Program-made: the position numbers and the translations under genes | Notes under the pieces: model-generated | Told to the model about the DNA's origin: nothing | Seen by the model: only the letters and a program-made list of their open reading frames with translations | Database searches by the model: none | From: Bdellovibrionales bacterium | GTDB lineage: Bacteria > Bdellovibrionota > Bdellovibrionia > Bdellovibrionales > UBA1609 | DNA: 64,000 nucleotides | NCBI GenBank assembly: GCA_965261545.1 | Contig: CBDHDF010000010.1 | Span: 800,001 to 864,000, forward strand | Reading direction: 5' to 3' | Shown here: positions 20,318-31,423 of the stretch, piece after piece | Position numbering within the stretch: the first letter of the stretch is position 1 | Layout: the number at the start of each line of letters is the position of its first letter

Positions 20318-21562
20318 ATGAGCACGGAAGCTCAAACACTTAAAACGATCAAAAAATGTTTCAAGAAAGTTATTCCTGAAAAGGACTCTCGGGCAACCAT
20401 TCCACCTCTTGAGTTTATTGTGGCTCTTGTCTTGTCATTCCAGGGAGACTCTAAGACATATTCAATAGAGGGAATTAGGAGGTTTATGATAAGTCATTTA
20501 GGATTAAGAATTGAAAGACACAGCTTCTGGGAAAGACTCTCTAGAAAAAGATTAAAAGAGCTTCTGAGTAAACTGGTTGAAATGCTCATGATAAAGCTAT
20601 CTCATGGAGCTTTTCATGGGAGCAAAGCCATATTATTACAACTGGGAGTCTCAGACGTTCTTCTTGTTGACTCAAGCACAATAAGCCTTTGGGATGGAGC
20701 ATCTGAGAATTTTCCAGGGACAAGAACAAACGCAGGAATTAAATGGCACGCTTGTTTCAGTTTATTCAGTGGTATAATGACTTGGTTCGAATTAACTCCG
20801 TCTTCCACTAACGATAGGAAGTGCTTTCCTGATATAAAGGAACTCGTTGGAAAATTAGTCATCTTTGATTTGGGATATTGGGACTATGGCTTATTGTCAT
20901 CTATTCATGAAGCTAAAGGATTTTTCTTGTCTAGAGTGAAGTCAAATGCCTCTATTCTTATTGATGCTGTTGTTGAAGGTTTGCCAGATTACTATGTTGG
21001 AAAAGAGTTCTCTGATATTAAACTCAAGAAAAAAAACGATGTTGTTGAATTTATAGGCAGTGTCTTGTCCAATGGTAAATGGGTAAGTTTGAGAATTGTA
21101 GGCTTCTGGAATTCCTCCGAAAAACGCTATCATTGGTATTGCACGAATTTAGATGTGGCAGCGGAGTCCATATATCCAATTTATCGTTTACGTTGGCAAT
21201 GTGAACTTATTTTCAAATCTTGTAAGAATTCTTTGAATGCAAATCAGATCACCTCAAACGATCAAAATATCATAGAGAGTCTTCTTCTTGCTTCATTAGC
21301 GGCTCACCTCACATCAAGTGTTGTTTTGAGGATAGGAAGAACTAAACTCAATAAGGAACAAAATGACTCCACATCGTTTCAAAGAGTTGCTAAGGTTACC
21401 GTCTTATTAGCCTCTGATTTTATCAAATATCTCCTAAGCTCATCTCAAAAGTATTTAAATATTTTGATAGAGAAGATCAAGATATTCTCCCATGAAATTT
21501 ATGACACAAACTACCGACGGCGAAAAACATCAATGAATATGGCTAAAAAGGTCTTGCTATGA
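20318..21562 (+). CDS. IS4-family transposase, 414 aa
   Basis: Identical to 702-1946. Confidence 0.92.
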   Translation: MSTEAQTLKTIKKCFKKVIPEKDSRATIPPLEFIVALVLSFQGDSKTYSIEGIRRFMISHLGLRIERHSFWERLSRKRLKELLSKLVEMLMIKLSHGAFHGSKAILLQLGVSDVLLVDSSTISLWDGASENFPGTRTNAGIKWHACFSLFSGIMTWFELTPSSTNDRKCFPDIKELVGKLVIFDLGYWDYGLLSSIHEAKGFFLSRVKSNASILIDAVVEGLPDYYVGKEFSDIKLKKKNDVVEFIGSVLSNGKWVSLRIVGFWNSSEKRYHWYCTNLDVAAESIYPIYRLRWQCELIFKSCKNSLNANQITSNDQNIIESLLLASLAAHLTSSVVLRIGRTKLNKEQNDSTSFQRVAKVTVLLASDFIKYLLSSSQKYLNILIEKIKIFSHEIYDTNYRRRKTSMNMAKKVLL

Positions 21563-22230
21563 AAGAATAAAAAACCACGAACACCTATGTGCAAGAGCTG
21601 TATTCTTATTTTTGGCTCTTCAATTATACAAAGATTCAAATGAGCATAAATGAGGATGAAGACAGTGTGAATCAGTTGGTAAAAAATGACTACAAAAAAC
21701 CTAACTTTAAACTGATTCTTGATTTCATAATGGATAGCATCCCTCTTTTTGTTGCGGGGCTCTATCAGAAATTTAGGAAGCAGATAAAGTTGCTGATGAA
21801 GATTTCAATGGAGAAGAGGAGGCACTTCAAAAGAAGCTATGAAAGGTCTATCAAAAGCGCTGGGAGTTCTTTTAAAAGAAATAGCTTAACGCAGAGGCAG
21901 AGGGGTGTGGTGGCTTAAGGAAACGGCATTGATGCGTGGGGTGGTGTCCTTGGCTAAAAAATATCACTCTGATCTTATTGAAAAAGCAGCCATTCAGGCT
22001 GTGAGCAGAGGGGTCTTATCTCTTAGGGTCTTTAAAAGGCTTGTTGAGGAACTACAGCCCCCTGTGGATGAGAAAAAGATGGAATCCCACCTCACCCAAG
22101 ACCACGACATCATTCGAGCACCATCCGAGTATGCCATCTACTGGGATTTACATGCCAACAACGAAATCTACCACTCACCCTTACACCCTCAGCCTAGCAC
22201 CAACCTTACTTAATCCACCCCCCCAACCCC

Positions 22231-24784
22231 CAATGGCATTCGTTTTTGCAGAAGGTTTTTCCACATTTTTCTGACTCCCTCTAACATACTGAGTTAAGGG
22301 GGCTTTTATCTTTTTTCTTTTTCCGAAAAAAAATACTTGAGTCCACCCCATCGTTGTGTCACATTATATTTGAACCATTCCCAAAGGGGAGAGACTCAAA
22401 TGGACCCACGCATAGAGACATTGCCTTCAACAACTTTTTTTGGAAGACGCTTGACGCGCAAGCAAATTGCCGACATTCAAAAGACGGTGGCGCTATTTCC
22501 TTCTTTAAGTCGCCGTGAACTGGGTTATACAGTTTGTGAACATCTTGGTTGGCTAACTCCCAAAGGTGATCATCGCATCCAATCGTGCCTTCGTATGCTT
22601 GAGACGCTAGAGGAACTTGACATTCTATCCCTGCCAGAAAAAGACATGTCAAAGCGGAGTGTCCCCTCCAAAAAAATCACTTGGACACACCGAACAGATG
22701 AAAAGCCTCTCATCAACGATAAACTAGACTCATTGACCCCACTTTCTTTGCAAATCGTAACTGATCAAGAGGCCATTAAGGAATGGAATGAAGTTGTCGA
22801 TCGGCATCATTATCTCAATTACAGACGTCCCTTTGGTCCCCACTTACGCTATTTCATCTTAGATAATTGTGGGCGAAGATTGGGTTGTCTTTTATTTGAA
22901 GCTGGCACATCCACTTTGCCTTGCCGTGATGAATGGATCGGTTGGCAAAATCGAGCTTACAAAAAGCACTTGAATTTAGTGGTGAACAATAGTCGATTTT
23001 TGATCTTTCCCTGGGTAAAGGTTCGCCATCTTGCTTCGATGGCTTTATCTATGGCAACTCGCCAACTTCCCACAGACTGGGAGTTAAAACATGCTTTCAA
23101 ACCTGTACTCATGGAGACTTTTGTCGACCTTACCAAATTTAATGCCACGAGCTATCGTGCTGCCAACTGGCTTTATTTGGGCAAAACAAATGGGAGTCGT
23201 GCCTACAAAAATGTAAAGGGAAAAACTCAAAAAGGTGTTTATGTTCAACCTCTGACAAAGAATTATCAGTCTATCTTATTGAATGGCCCCCAATGCGCTA
23301 TCAAGAAACCCGTCGGGAAACCCACCATCAAGCCACATAAGAACTTGGCTGAGCCTATGCTAGAGGACTCTTTTGTGCATCTTTGGCAAAACATCATCAA
23401 GACAGTGGTTATCATTGCAGATGAGTACGACCGAACCTGGCAAAAGCGTCAACGTGTCTTGAATACATTGTTGATTATACTTTTCATCTTCCGACTTGTT
23501 TTCTCTAAAGGAAAACAAGGTTATGATACAACTTTGATTGAACTTTGGGAGCAGTGTCGCATATTAGACATTGAACTCCCTCAACCTAAACCAGTTCGGG
23601 CATCCACTATGTGTAGTGCACGGGCTAAAGTAGATGAAAATATATTTAAAGTTTTGCATGATGAAATTCTTAAACAAGACGGTATATCCAATTCTAGTAC
23701 CTTATGGAAGGGCCATAAGGTTTTCGCAGTGGATGGATCGAAAATAAATTTACCACGTCAACTCGTAGATAATGGGTATCAGCAACCATGGGAAAAAGCA
23801 TGGTACCCTCAAGGTCTTGTCAGTTGCCTGTACCAACTACAGTCGAAGATTCCTGTGGATTTTGATCTCTTTGCCCATAACAATGAGAGAAAGGCTGCAC
23901 AAACTCATTTCAAAAAATTGTTTGAAAACGATGTTGTGGTTTATGATCGTGGCTATTATTCCTACGAAATGCTTCATGAGCATAAGGTGCGAAGTCTGCA
24001 TGCGGTGTTTAGGATAAGGAGAAATGCCAACACTGTTTTTGATGAATTTATTAATAATGATCAAAAAGACTCAGTGATCCAAGTCATTCCTAGCAAGCAA
24101 ATTCTGAAAGAACTACATAAAAAAAAGCCACAAGACGACTTCAAAGCCTACGCTTTGCGTTTGGTCAAATATAAAATTGGACAAACTACTTTTGTTCTAG
24201 GAACAACCTTAATGGATCAAAAAAAATATTCCATTGATGATCTGGCCAATCTCTATCATGGACGCTGGAGTATAGAGGAACTGTACAAAATATCCAAAGA
24301 ACTGATGACCATTGAAGAGTTTCATTCTCAAAGTGAAAGGGGAGTCAAACAAGAATTGTTTGCACACTTCACACTTATCACTCTGACAAGATTATTTTCC
24401 AACTACACGGAAGACCGTCTTAATACATCTCAATCCCATAGTAAAAAACAAACCATGCAGACAAACTTTAAAAACAATTTACTGACAATTGCAAGAAATA
24501 TTGAAGGTCTTTTTCTTCAACAAAAGGTAGTGCTTAGTAAAACCCTCAATTGCATCATTACAAATATGAAGACCTGCCGACAAAGGCTACGTCCGAATAG
24601 GCATTACGACCGAGTTTCTAGAAAACCCATCGGAGTATGGAGACCCAGTAAAGAGGTTAGGGGGGCTATGGCCAACGGATAATCACATGGATCAAAGAAA
24701 AAAACTTGGGGTTAGCCCACCCCCGAGGAGTTAGAGGTTCAAATCCTTAACCGAATGGGATCTCTCACTAAACGAATGCCATTG
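22231..24784 (+). mobile_element. IS4-family element IS4-C (2554 bp)
   Basis: 15-bp IR CAATGGCATTCGTTT; 10-bp TSD CCCCAACCCC; inserted between istA and istB. Confidence 0.95.
22400..24682 (+). CDS. DUF4338/DruA-like domain fused to IS4 DDE transposase (~760 aa)
   Basis: N half: HHYL, LRY, RDEWIGW, VVNNSRFLIFPW, LAS, ETFVD, YRAANWLYLGKT; C half: FAVDGSKINLP, YDRGY, YHGRWSIEELYK. Confidence 0.88.
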   Translation: MDPRIETLPSTTFFGRRLTRKQIADIQKTVALFPSLSRRELGYTVCEHLGWLTPKGDHRIQSCLRMLETLEELDILSLPEKDMSKRSVPSKKITWTHRTDEKPLINDKLDSLTPLSLQIVTDQEAIKEWNEVVDRHHYLNYRRPFGPHLRYFILDNCGRRLGCLLFEAGTSTLPCRDEWIGWQNRAYKKHLNLVVNNSRFLIFPWVKVRHLASMALSMATRQLPTDWELKHAFKPVLMETFVDLTKFNATSYRAANWLYLGKTNGSRAYKNVKGKTQKGVYVQPLTKNYQSILLNGPQCAIKKPVGKPTIKPHKNLAEPMLEDSFVHLWQNIIKTVVIIADEYDRTWQKRQRVLNTLLIILFIFRLVFSKGKQGYDTTLIELWEQCRILDIELPQPKPVRASTMCSARAKVDENIFKVLHDEILKQDGISNSSTLWKGHKVFAVDGSKINLPRQLVDNGYQQPWEKAWYPQGLVSCLYQLQSKIPVDFDLFAHNNERKAAQTHFKKLFENDVVVYDRGYYSYEMLHEHKVRSLHAVFRIRRNANTVFDEFINNDQKDSVIQVIPSKQILKELHKKKPQDDFKAYALRLVKYKIGQTTFVLGTTLMDQKKYSIDDLANLYHGRWSIEELYKISKELMTIEEFHSQSERGVKQELFAHFTLITLTRLFSNYTEDRLNTSQSHSKKQTMQTNFKNNLLTIARNIEGLFLQQKVVLSKTLNCIITNMKTCRQRLRPNRHYDRVSRKPIGVWRPSKEVRGAMANG

Positions 24785-24820
24785 CCCCAACCCCTCTTCT
24801 AGAGGAAAGGAGCAATCACA

Positions 24821-25591
24821 ATGCCAATGTCACCTACAGAAATACAAGAGACTCTCAAAAGCCTTAAGCTTATAGGCATGTTTGAAACATTTGAGGCTCG
24901 AAGTTACCAACACACACAGAACCAACAAAACTTCCAAGAGACCTTCTCATTGCTCTTACAGGATGAAAAGGATTTCAAGAAAAGCAAAAAATGTGAGAGA
25001 CTCCTCAAAGCATCCAAGCTCACGGAAAAGTCCACCCTCACCGGCTTTGATTGGAATTTTAACCCAAAAATACCCAAGCCAATGATCTTGGAATTAATGA
25101 ACTTGAAGTTCATCAAGCAGGGGGAGGGAGCCTTGCTTATTGGCTCCCCTGGAACTGGAAAAAGCCACATTGCAAAAGCTATAGCCACCAAGGTCTGTTC
25201 CATATCAAATTACAAGGTTTTGTATCAGGAAGCTCACAAGCTCTTTGAAAATCTCTTTGAGGCCAGGCAGCTGGGGCGCAGAAAGAGGTTCTACACCCAA
25301 CTCATCCATGTGGACCTGTTGATCATTGATGATCTTTTTCTTAGAAAGCGCATTCCGCCAGAGGCTTGCGATGACTTCCAGGAAATCATTCTGGATCGAT
25401 ACTCAGCGAGAAAAAGCACTCTTATTACCTCCAATCGCATTATTGAGGACTGGGGAAAGTGTTTGGGCGATAATACCGTGGCCTCTGCCATCCTGGATCG
25501 CCTTCTCCACTGCAGCCAACTATTAAAATTTGAGGGAAAAAGCTACCGATTGAAGGAAGCTTCAAACCGACTTGTCAAGATAAAAAATTAA
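24821..25591 (+). CDS. istB: IS21 helper ATPase IstB
   Basis: GSPGTGKS, LLIIDD, TSNR, AILDRLLH. Confidence 0.95.
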   Translation: MPMSPTEIQETLKSLKLIGMFETFEARSYQHTQNQQNFQETFSLLLQDEKDFKKSKKCERLLKASKLTEKSTLTGFDWNFNPKIPKPMILELMNLKFIKQGEGALLIGSPGTGKSHIAKAIATKVCSISNYKVLYQEAHKLFENLFEARQLGRRKRFYTQLIHVDLLIIDDLFLRKRIPPEACDDFQEIILDRYSARKSTLITSNRIIEDWGKCLGDNTVASAILDRLLHCSQLLKFEGKSYRLKEASNRLVKIKN

Positions 25592-25678
25592 AGGTAGGGT
25601 GAGCCCATCTTGTCAGATCGCCCTAAATGGCCTGGTTTGCCCGCCCACAAATGGCCTGGTTTAACCCGCCCATCGGGG

Positions 25679-25816
25679 CTCACTTCACCTCGACACACCT
25701 TGCTAATCAAAATATCACTCTCAACAACTTAAACTCAGTCAGGATAAAATCATAAAAATTGCTTCGAGGTCAAAGGAACCCATGAAAAGTCCGTCAAAAT
25801 AAAGTATTGGGTCACA
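25679..25816 (-). mobile_element. Orphan IS-like terminus (IS-F), second copy
   Basis: Repeat of 5354-5491. Confidence 0.6.
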
Positions 25817-26072
25817 AACGCTATAAGGGAGACCCCCGAAGTGCTAAATACCGATGCCACCAACCAGGGGCAGAGTGATTCGTAGTAGTGATGAAGTTCT
25901 TGTAATGAGAATGGAGCGAAGGGGTCACATGATTTATGGAAGTAGTCAGGCCAACTTGGTTATGCTGAGGAGGAGCCTAATGAAACGGAAAATCATAGGA
26001 GCCGTGTGAGGGGAGACTTTCAAGCACGGTTCTGTGAGGGGCAGTGGGGGAAGTTCCCACTGCCTACTCGAT
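25817..26072 (+). ncRNA. 5'-truncated copy of the ORF-less group II intron
   Basis: Matches the reverse complement of 8324-8579, including domains V and VI. Confidence 0.9.
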
Positions 26073-26180
26073 AGGCAAGGAACTAGCGAAGAACGTCAAG
26101 ACCCAAAAGGATTTATCCGACATAACGGGTCAACTGATGAAGGGTGTTTTAGAGACGGCCCTTAATGCGGAAATGGACGA
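26073..26180 (+). pseudogene. IS256 transposase exon-2 fragment
   Basis: GKELAKNVKTQKDLSDITGQLMK...ALNAEMD. Confidence 0.9.
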
Positions 26181-26417
26181 ATACCTCTCTGTAAATGCCC
26201 TTGTTTTAGGGTTGAAGTGTATATAGCATAACCCCATAATGTTCCTTGTTTTTCTCAAAACACATGACTAACCTTGGCGCAGCCAGAACCAAGAGCTAAG
26301 TCTGAAGTCAAGTCTTAACCCCTAAGTCTATCTCTGCTGTAATCCTATCTCATAGCTCTTCAGAGGTCGGGAATTAAATTACGTTCGAATTTTTCAAACA
26401 TAATGACAAGTAAGGAA

Positions 26418-26717
26418 CTATGCAGCCACTTTAGATTTTATGCTATATGACACTCCTAAAACAAGAGCTACTTTGATAAGAAAGTCCATACTTATTTGGC
26501 TAACAACTCCTGATTCCATTCGTGCAATAGCTGGTTGTTGAGTACCAACCTTTTTGGCTAGAGCTGATTGAGATAGTTTTGCTTTAATTCTTCTTGATCT
26601 TAGATTTTCAATAAGACGTAACTTTTCTTTAACCAAAGCAATCTCAAGGCCAGAAAGACCCATATCCTTTGCAAACTCTTCTGTATCTCTATAAATAATA
26701 AGATTGTCTTTTTTCAT
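26418..26717 (-). CDS. XRE/HigA-like HTH antitoxin
   Basis: LSQSALAKKVGTQQPAIARMESG helix-turn-helix; 4-bp overlap with the upstream toxin gene. Confidence 0.85.
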   Translation of the reverse strand: MKKDNLIIYRDTEEFAKDMGLSGLEIALVKEKLRLIENLRSRRIKAKLSQSALAKKVGTQQPAIARMESGVVSQISMDFLIKVALVLGVSYSIKSKVAA

Positions 26718-27034
26718 TTTTCAATGCTCCTCATGCGAGATAAAATAAGCTCCTTAGTTTTTTTATTTAACTGTTGATTTTTCTTTTTTAAACTATGCAA
26801 GACATAAATAGCCTCCCTTCGCTTTAATATATAAAAAACTCGATATGTCCCATCAGCATGGGTTAAACGTAGCTCATGTAGTCCTTTTACAATATTTGGC
26901 AATGGCCGAGAAACTGGCATTGAAAGTTTTGCTCCACTAGCCAAACGATCAAAGAGAGCAAAAATATCACTTAATACTTCCTTGGGAGCTTTTTTTAACT
27001 CTTTCCTTACTTGGGCCAGTATCACAACGTCCAT
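26714..27034 (-). CDS. RelE/ParE-superfamily (HigB/Gp49-like) toxin
   Basis: SRPL...GLHELR...GTYRVFY...IYVLHSLKKKNQ; toxin-first gene order. Confidence 0.85.
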   Translation of the reverse strand: MDVVILAQVRKELKKAPKEVLSDIFALFDRLASGAKLSMPVSRPLPNIVKGLHELRLTHADGTYRVFYILKRREAIYVLHSLKKKNQQLNKKTKELILSRMRSIEK

Positions 27035-27089
27035 GTTAAATAAATATATCAAATTCGTTATATATTCAAGTTTTTTCTAAGGAGATTGA

Positions 27090-28180
27090 CAGAAATTCCC
27101 GCCGAGCTTGAAAAAACATTGAAATTCCTCCAAATCTCAGTGTGAGAATTGCACTGCATCGAATAAGGTAAACCTCCCCGTCTTCGCCATTTAGAGGCGA
27201 ATGTCCAGACTTTAGTTTAGGGCAAATACGTTAAACTCTTTGGGGCACTTTGAGAAAAATGGCTGCTCATGATGTGTCGAAAACATCTGAGGCAGCAATA
27301 GGCTTAATCCCATAAGCCATTATGGCGAGGAGTTCCTGCCAATTTTTAAAGTATAGGGTATGGAAATACCCCCTCATATGATCCCATAGATAAGATAGTC
27401 TCCTCTCTTTTTCTACCGCCTTTTGAAACAATTTACAGGCCAAATGTTGAAGTTGGTCCACTAAAAATACCAGCATCATAATCACGGCTAAATTGTTACA
27501 CAAATTTTGCTTGCCGTGGCCAAAATTGTGCTCAAAGTTGTAACCCAAATTCTTTAACGTATTAAATGTTTCATTTTCTATCTTCCAGCGTGCTCTTCCC
27601 CCCCCTCATTATTTGCATTATGTTGTCTTCGTTGATCTCAATGTCAGTCACCCAGCTAAAGTGCTGAACCTTACCGTTTGCTTTCGTTTCTTTGTATTCA
27701 ATAAAATTCACTCGACAATCAGGATTTGAATCATTGAGTGAAACATCATTTATGAATCGAAATTCATGTGTCACTCCATTCTCTACCACGGTGAAGTGAG
27801 AAACTGTTCCTAAGCTATCTGCTCCATTTACAAACTCAAATAAAACTTTGTGGTCCCCCATCTTACAGCCTAAAATATAACTTAATTTTAATTCGTTAAG
27901 AAGAGTGATGTGAGGAGCATTGGAAGCCAATCCATCCTCAATAACAATCACTGGAAGGTGAGGGTGTTCCCTGCGAAAATCTTCAAGGAGTCGTTTGGCT
28001 GCATTACGCTCACAATCATTTTTGCTCGATCCATCTGTGTTTGAAATGGGCTCTGGAGCAATAGGTATAACCTGTTTCTTATCGGGGTGAACAATCACTC
28101 CTGCTAACATTTGATGATAGTAGGTCTTCGTCTCATCACGATGATTCTTTATACAACAATTCTCACAATGAATAGTCGAG
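27090..28180 (-). mobile_element. ISNCY-type element IS-C, 3' fragment (frameshift in a C-run near 27600)
   Basis: End CAGAAATTCCCGCCGAG; matches 48733 onward. Confidence 0.9.
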
Positions 28181-28743
28181 CGTATTGGGTCATAAGTAAA
28201 CGACACCAAGGAGCGGTTTGTCATTTTGCTCATCTTATGCCACCTCCTTGATATTTTCCTGTCGTACTAATTTGAAAAACTCTTTAAGTTTTAGTTCAAG
28301 TCCCCTCTTTAGCTCAAAGGGGTTGAGTTCAGCTTTACGCCTCCTCAGTGCTTCATCCTCCTCATGGTTTAATACCCCACTTTCAATAACTCTCTGATAG
28401 GGAGTCTTAGGGGTGCCATACTTTTTCTTGATTCTGGCTCCCACTCGTACCTTTTCCTGAAGTTTAAATGTGGGGAGAAAGAAGTTCTGGAGGGGACTCC
28501 AGTGGTTTTTATAAATGTCATTCATTAAAGGAACTAGCCTTGGATCTTCAAACCTCTCATAGCCAAACAATTCTCTGACGTGGGTGAAGTTTTTTTGCTC
28601 AATGTAGCAGTTGTCATTCTTTTTGTAGGGGCGAGAACGAGTGAACTTGATGTTAGATAATTGGGTGAATTGAAGGACAGGCTTGTTTAAGAACTCACTT
28701 CCTGAGTCTGAGTTCATGGCCAGTAGTTTAAAAGGTATAGCTT

Positions 28744-30642
28744 CCTGAAATCCCTAAAAGTTGTAACTAGGTTTAATGTATTGCGTTAACTTTCCTCTCT
28801 TCCTATGGAATTGGCTGCTGTCAACGGTTTGAGAGGTTTAATAGTATTAATATATTTAATATGATTCATAAGAATTTGCTGCGAAAGGTCCTCTTCGTCT
28901 CCATTGGATAGATGAGGCATAGTGGTAGCCACAGCCACCGTCACATTTGAAACAGATAAAAAACATCATTTTGTCTTGGGAAGCCCATCTATTTGGAAGG
29001 CTGAAAAAATATCCTTTTGTTTTTTAGACAGCTCTCCAAGCATCAGATCACCTGTAGCTAATTCATAAAATTTTAATCGGTCCATCATTTTGTAAATTTC
29101 TATTTTAGACATTTTTTTATATAACTTCTTATCTTTCATAACAGTATCAATATGTGAAATTAAAATTAAAGAGAGAAAATTAATAAAGATGCTTCCCCTC
29201 ATATTCATGAGAGAATGAACTCGACTTCTCCTTCCATTAATATCATGCTTGAATGAGAAAAATACTTTCTCAATGATATCTTTGTTTCGATATAAACTCA
29301 ATATATCTGTTTTCTTTAAATCATGACTATTTGTAATTAATATCATAATACCCAGCGTAGAAGATTCTTCATTAATATTTTCTTCATTTAAAGAAATCTT
29401 AAATGGAGTGCAATCAGAGATATTGAGAAACCTTTTTTTATTTCCTAAAGTTTCTTTCATATAGGAACTAGCTTGTTCTTCTGATTTCAAATCTTTCTCA
29501 AGAAAGAGTTTCATAAAATCAAGCAACTCTTTCATTAACACAGATTCCTCATAAACCCTTCTTTCTTTGTCTAAGAAAATATGAGCCGTACAATCAAATC
29601 CTCCGATTTTTATTGATTCTTTGCAATGCGAATAAATTTCCTCATTAAAAGTAAAAGAGCATGATGGAGATTTTATTTTCTCATTTAAAGCCACAGCAAG
29701 CTCTCTTGAGAGTTTTGTTCTAAAACTCATGGGTATCAAATACTTCAATTCCTTACGATGCAGTCCCTTAATATTTTCTACACTAGAAAAACCCTTATCC
29801 ATAACTAAACAATCTAAATCTAATTTATAACTTGTTATGATCTCAATAATATTCGATAAAGTTTTGACATCCGGTATACTTCCAGGATAGATTCTGTACG
29901 CTATAGGCGTATGAGTTTTATTGTCTTCAGATTTCCTACTTATCAGACCTAAGTTTATCTGTTCGAGATTCTCTCCATCTCTGTTGTAACCTTTCTCTAA
30001 AAATTCATTATTCATAGAGTAGGAAGAAAAGGATGTGATGTCAAACATTACCGTACCAGAACCCTTCACTTGACTTATCCATTCGCTAAAGAAAGATTCT
30101 ATCTTTTTTTGATCTCTCCCAAGATCACATAAGAGATTGCTTATTTTTTGTGACGACATAAAATTTTTCTTTGAAACATAAGCTTCTTGACACCACATAT
30201 CGTAAAGATAAAAGGGCTCTCTTTTGATTATTTTAAAAAAAGCTAAATGCAAATAATGTTCGTAATTATCTGGATAAATTTTAGACAATGTTTTTAGAAG
30301 ATTTAGTTGTTCGCATATTTTCTCTAAGAAAAATAAGGCTCCCACATTATAGGAGCCTATGGGAATCTTTTTTCTTTTGGTCTTAATTTGACCTGTAAAC
30401 TCATCCTTTCTTCCAAGGTAGATGCGTTTTTGCCTGGCCTGCTTTTTTTCCTTGTCCCAAAAGCTTTCAACTTTATAGACATAGGTTTTTCCCTTATTTT
30501 TTTGCTCAAAAGTGTATGACATCGTTAATATTGTAACTATGCTTTTGAAGAGATGACAATCTCTTAATCAAAGTGAAGGCCTTCTCAGACAATAATCAGG
30601 ACTTAAGCCCTACACCTAGTTACAACTTTTAGGGATTTCAGG
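28744..30642 (-). mobile_element. IS1634-family element c, intact (1899 bp)
   Basis: Perfect 29-bp IR CCTGAAATCCCTAAAAGTTGTAACTAGGT; 6-bp TSD TAGCTT. Confidence 0.96.
28966..30522 (-). CDS. IS1634 transposase, 518 aa
   Basis: FDITSFSSYS, GYNRDGE, MDKGF, YRNKDIIEK. Confidence 0.93.
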   Translation of the reverse strand: MSYTFEQKNKGKTYVYKVESFWDKEKKQARQKRIYLGRKDEFTGQIKTKRKKIPIGSYNVGALFFLEKICEQLNLLKTLSKIYPDNYEHYLHLAFFKIIKREPFYLYDMWCQEAYVSKKNFMSSQKISNLLCDLGRDQKKIESFFSEWISQVKGSGTVMFDITSFSSYSMNNEFLEKGYNRDGENLEQINLGLISRKSEDNKTHTPIAYRIYPGSIPDVKTLSNIIEIITSYKLDLDCLVMDKGFSSVENIKGLHRKELKYLIPMSFRTKLSRELAVALNEKIKSPSCSFTFNEEIYSHCKESIKIGGFDCTAHIFLDKERRVYEESVLMKELLDFMKLFLEKDLKSEEQASSYMKETLGNKKRFLNISDCTPFKISLNEENINEESSTLGIMILITNSHDLKKTDILSLYRNKDIIEKVFFSFKHDINGRRSRVHSLMNMRGSIFINFLSLILISHIDTVMKDKKLYKKMSKIEIYKMMDRLKFYELATGDLMLGELSKKQKDIFSAFQIDGLPKTK

Positions 30643-31423
30643 TAGCTTGGTTAATGTTGTTGATTTGCCTTCTCACCTCCATCCCTTTCTTGGTAAACAT
30701 AGCCCGACACTCTGTCCATGTGGTGTTAATGTCGGTCACTGTAAGAGAGCTGATAAAAGGGCCTTGGGCACTCGTTCCACAGTGAGCAACCGTATCTGTT
30801 TGTATATAACCAGGCCTTGTGACCTTGGAGTCCAGTGTATTGATGGGAACCTTATTTTTCATATATTGGGCAGGACAGGTTGTGGACAATCCCTTAGAGA
30901 CCACTGAAGCCAAGCGAATTTCCTTCAGATAACGCTTCAAGGTGCTGGCACTCATTTTTTCTAACTGAAGCTTTAAGTGGGGAGGACACGACTCATAATT
31001 GGGGAGCCAATCCGGTAGAGCGGCTTTTATTCGTACAGCCGAGATTTTTTCCATTTGTTCCCACAAATATTTGATGTGGGGTCGTAACTCCTCTTGAGAA
31101 TAAGCCAGAGGCCTCCCTGACCGCTTGAGTGGCACAGAGCCATTTTGTTGAATCTCGTTTAATCTCCTTATGAGTCGCTTCCTAGAGAGGTTTGTGACCA
31201 GTTCCGCATGATCTAGCAACTCCCCTTTTTTAGCCTTAGAACTTTGTTGATATAAGCCTGAAATTGCAGTTAAGTAAGCATTAACAGCCGACTCCCTCAC
31301 TGAAGACCCCCTCGTTGATTGTTTGTTTCCAAAGATCAATCTTACTGAGAGGATCAACAGAGGGGTAGCTCGGCTGATCTGTTTTAGAAGGCGTAACAAC
31401 CGGTGTCTTATTGAGTGAGGGAG

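Larger units (their letters stand above)
19461..21589 (+). mobile_element. IS4-B copy 2
   Basis: IRs; 10-bp TSD TGCAAGAGCT. Confidence 0.96.
18472..21931 (+). mobile_element. IS4-A copy 3 (carries an IS21-A end scar and an IS4-B insertion)
   Basis: Both IRs present; transposase broken at 19363 and 19461. Confidence 0.93.
21932..25678 (+). mobile_element. IS21-family element IS21-D, 3' portion
   Basis: IstA C-terminal remnant 21932-22213, istB, and terminal AAATGGCCTGGTTT..CCGCCCA repeats. Confidence 0.85.
28235..31300 (-). pseudogene. Integrase-core (rve) transposase split by IS1634-c
   Basis: PGYIQTDTVAHCG...LTVTD...W.E | PFKLLAMNSDSGSEF...FTRSRPYKKNDNCYIEQKN...GYER; in frame once the insertion is removed. 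Confidence 0.88.

Noticed and set aside
22400..23300. Complete Druantia defence system
   Set aside because: Only a DruA-like domain is present, fused to a transposase; no DruE helicase or other dru genes in the window
27590..27610. Programmed frameshift in the IS-C transposase
   Set aside because: One extra C in a homopolymer of a truncated copy; the other copies are in frame, so decay or sequencing error
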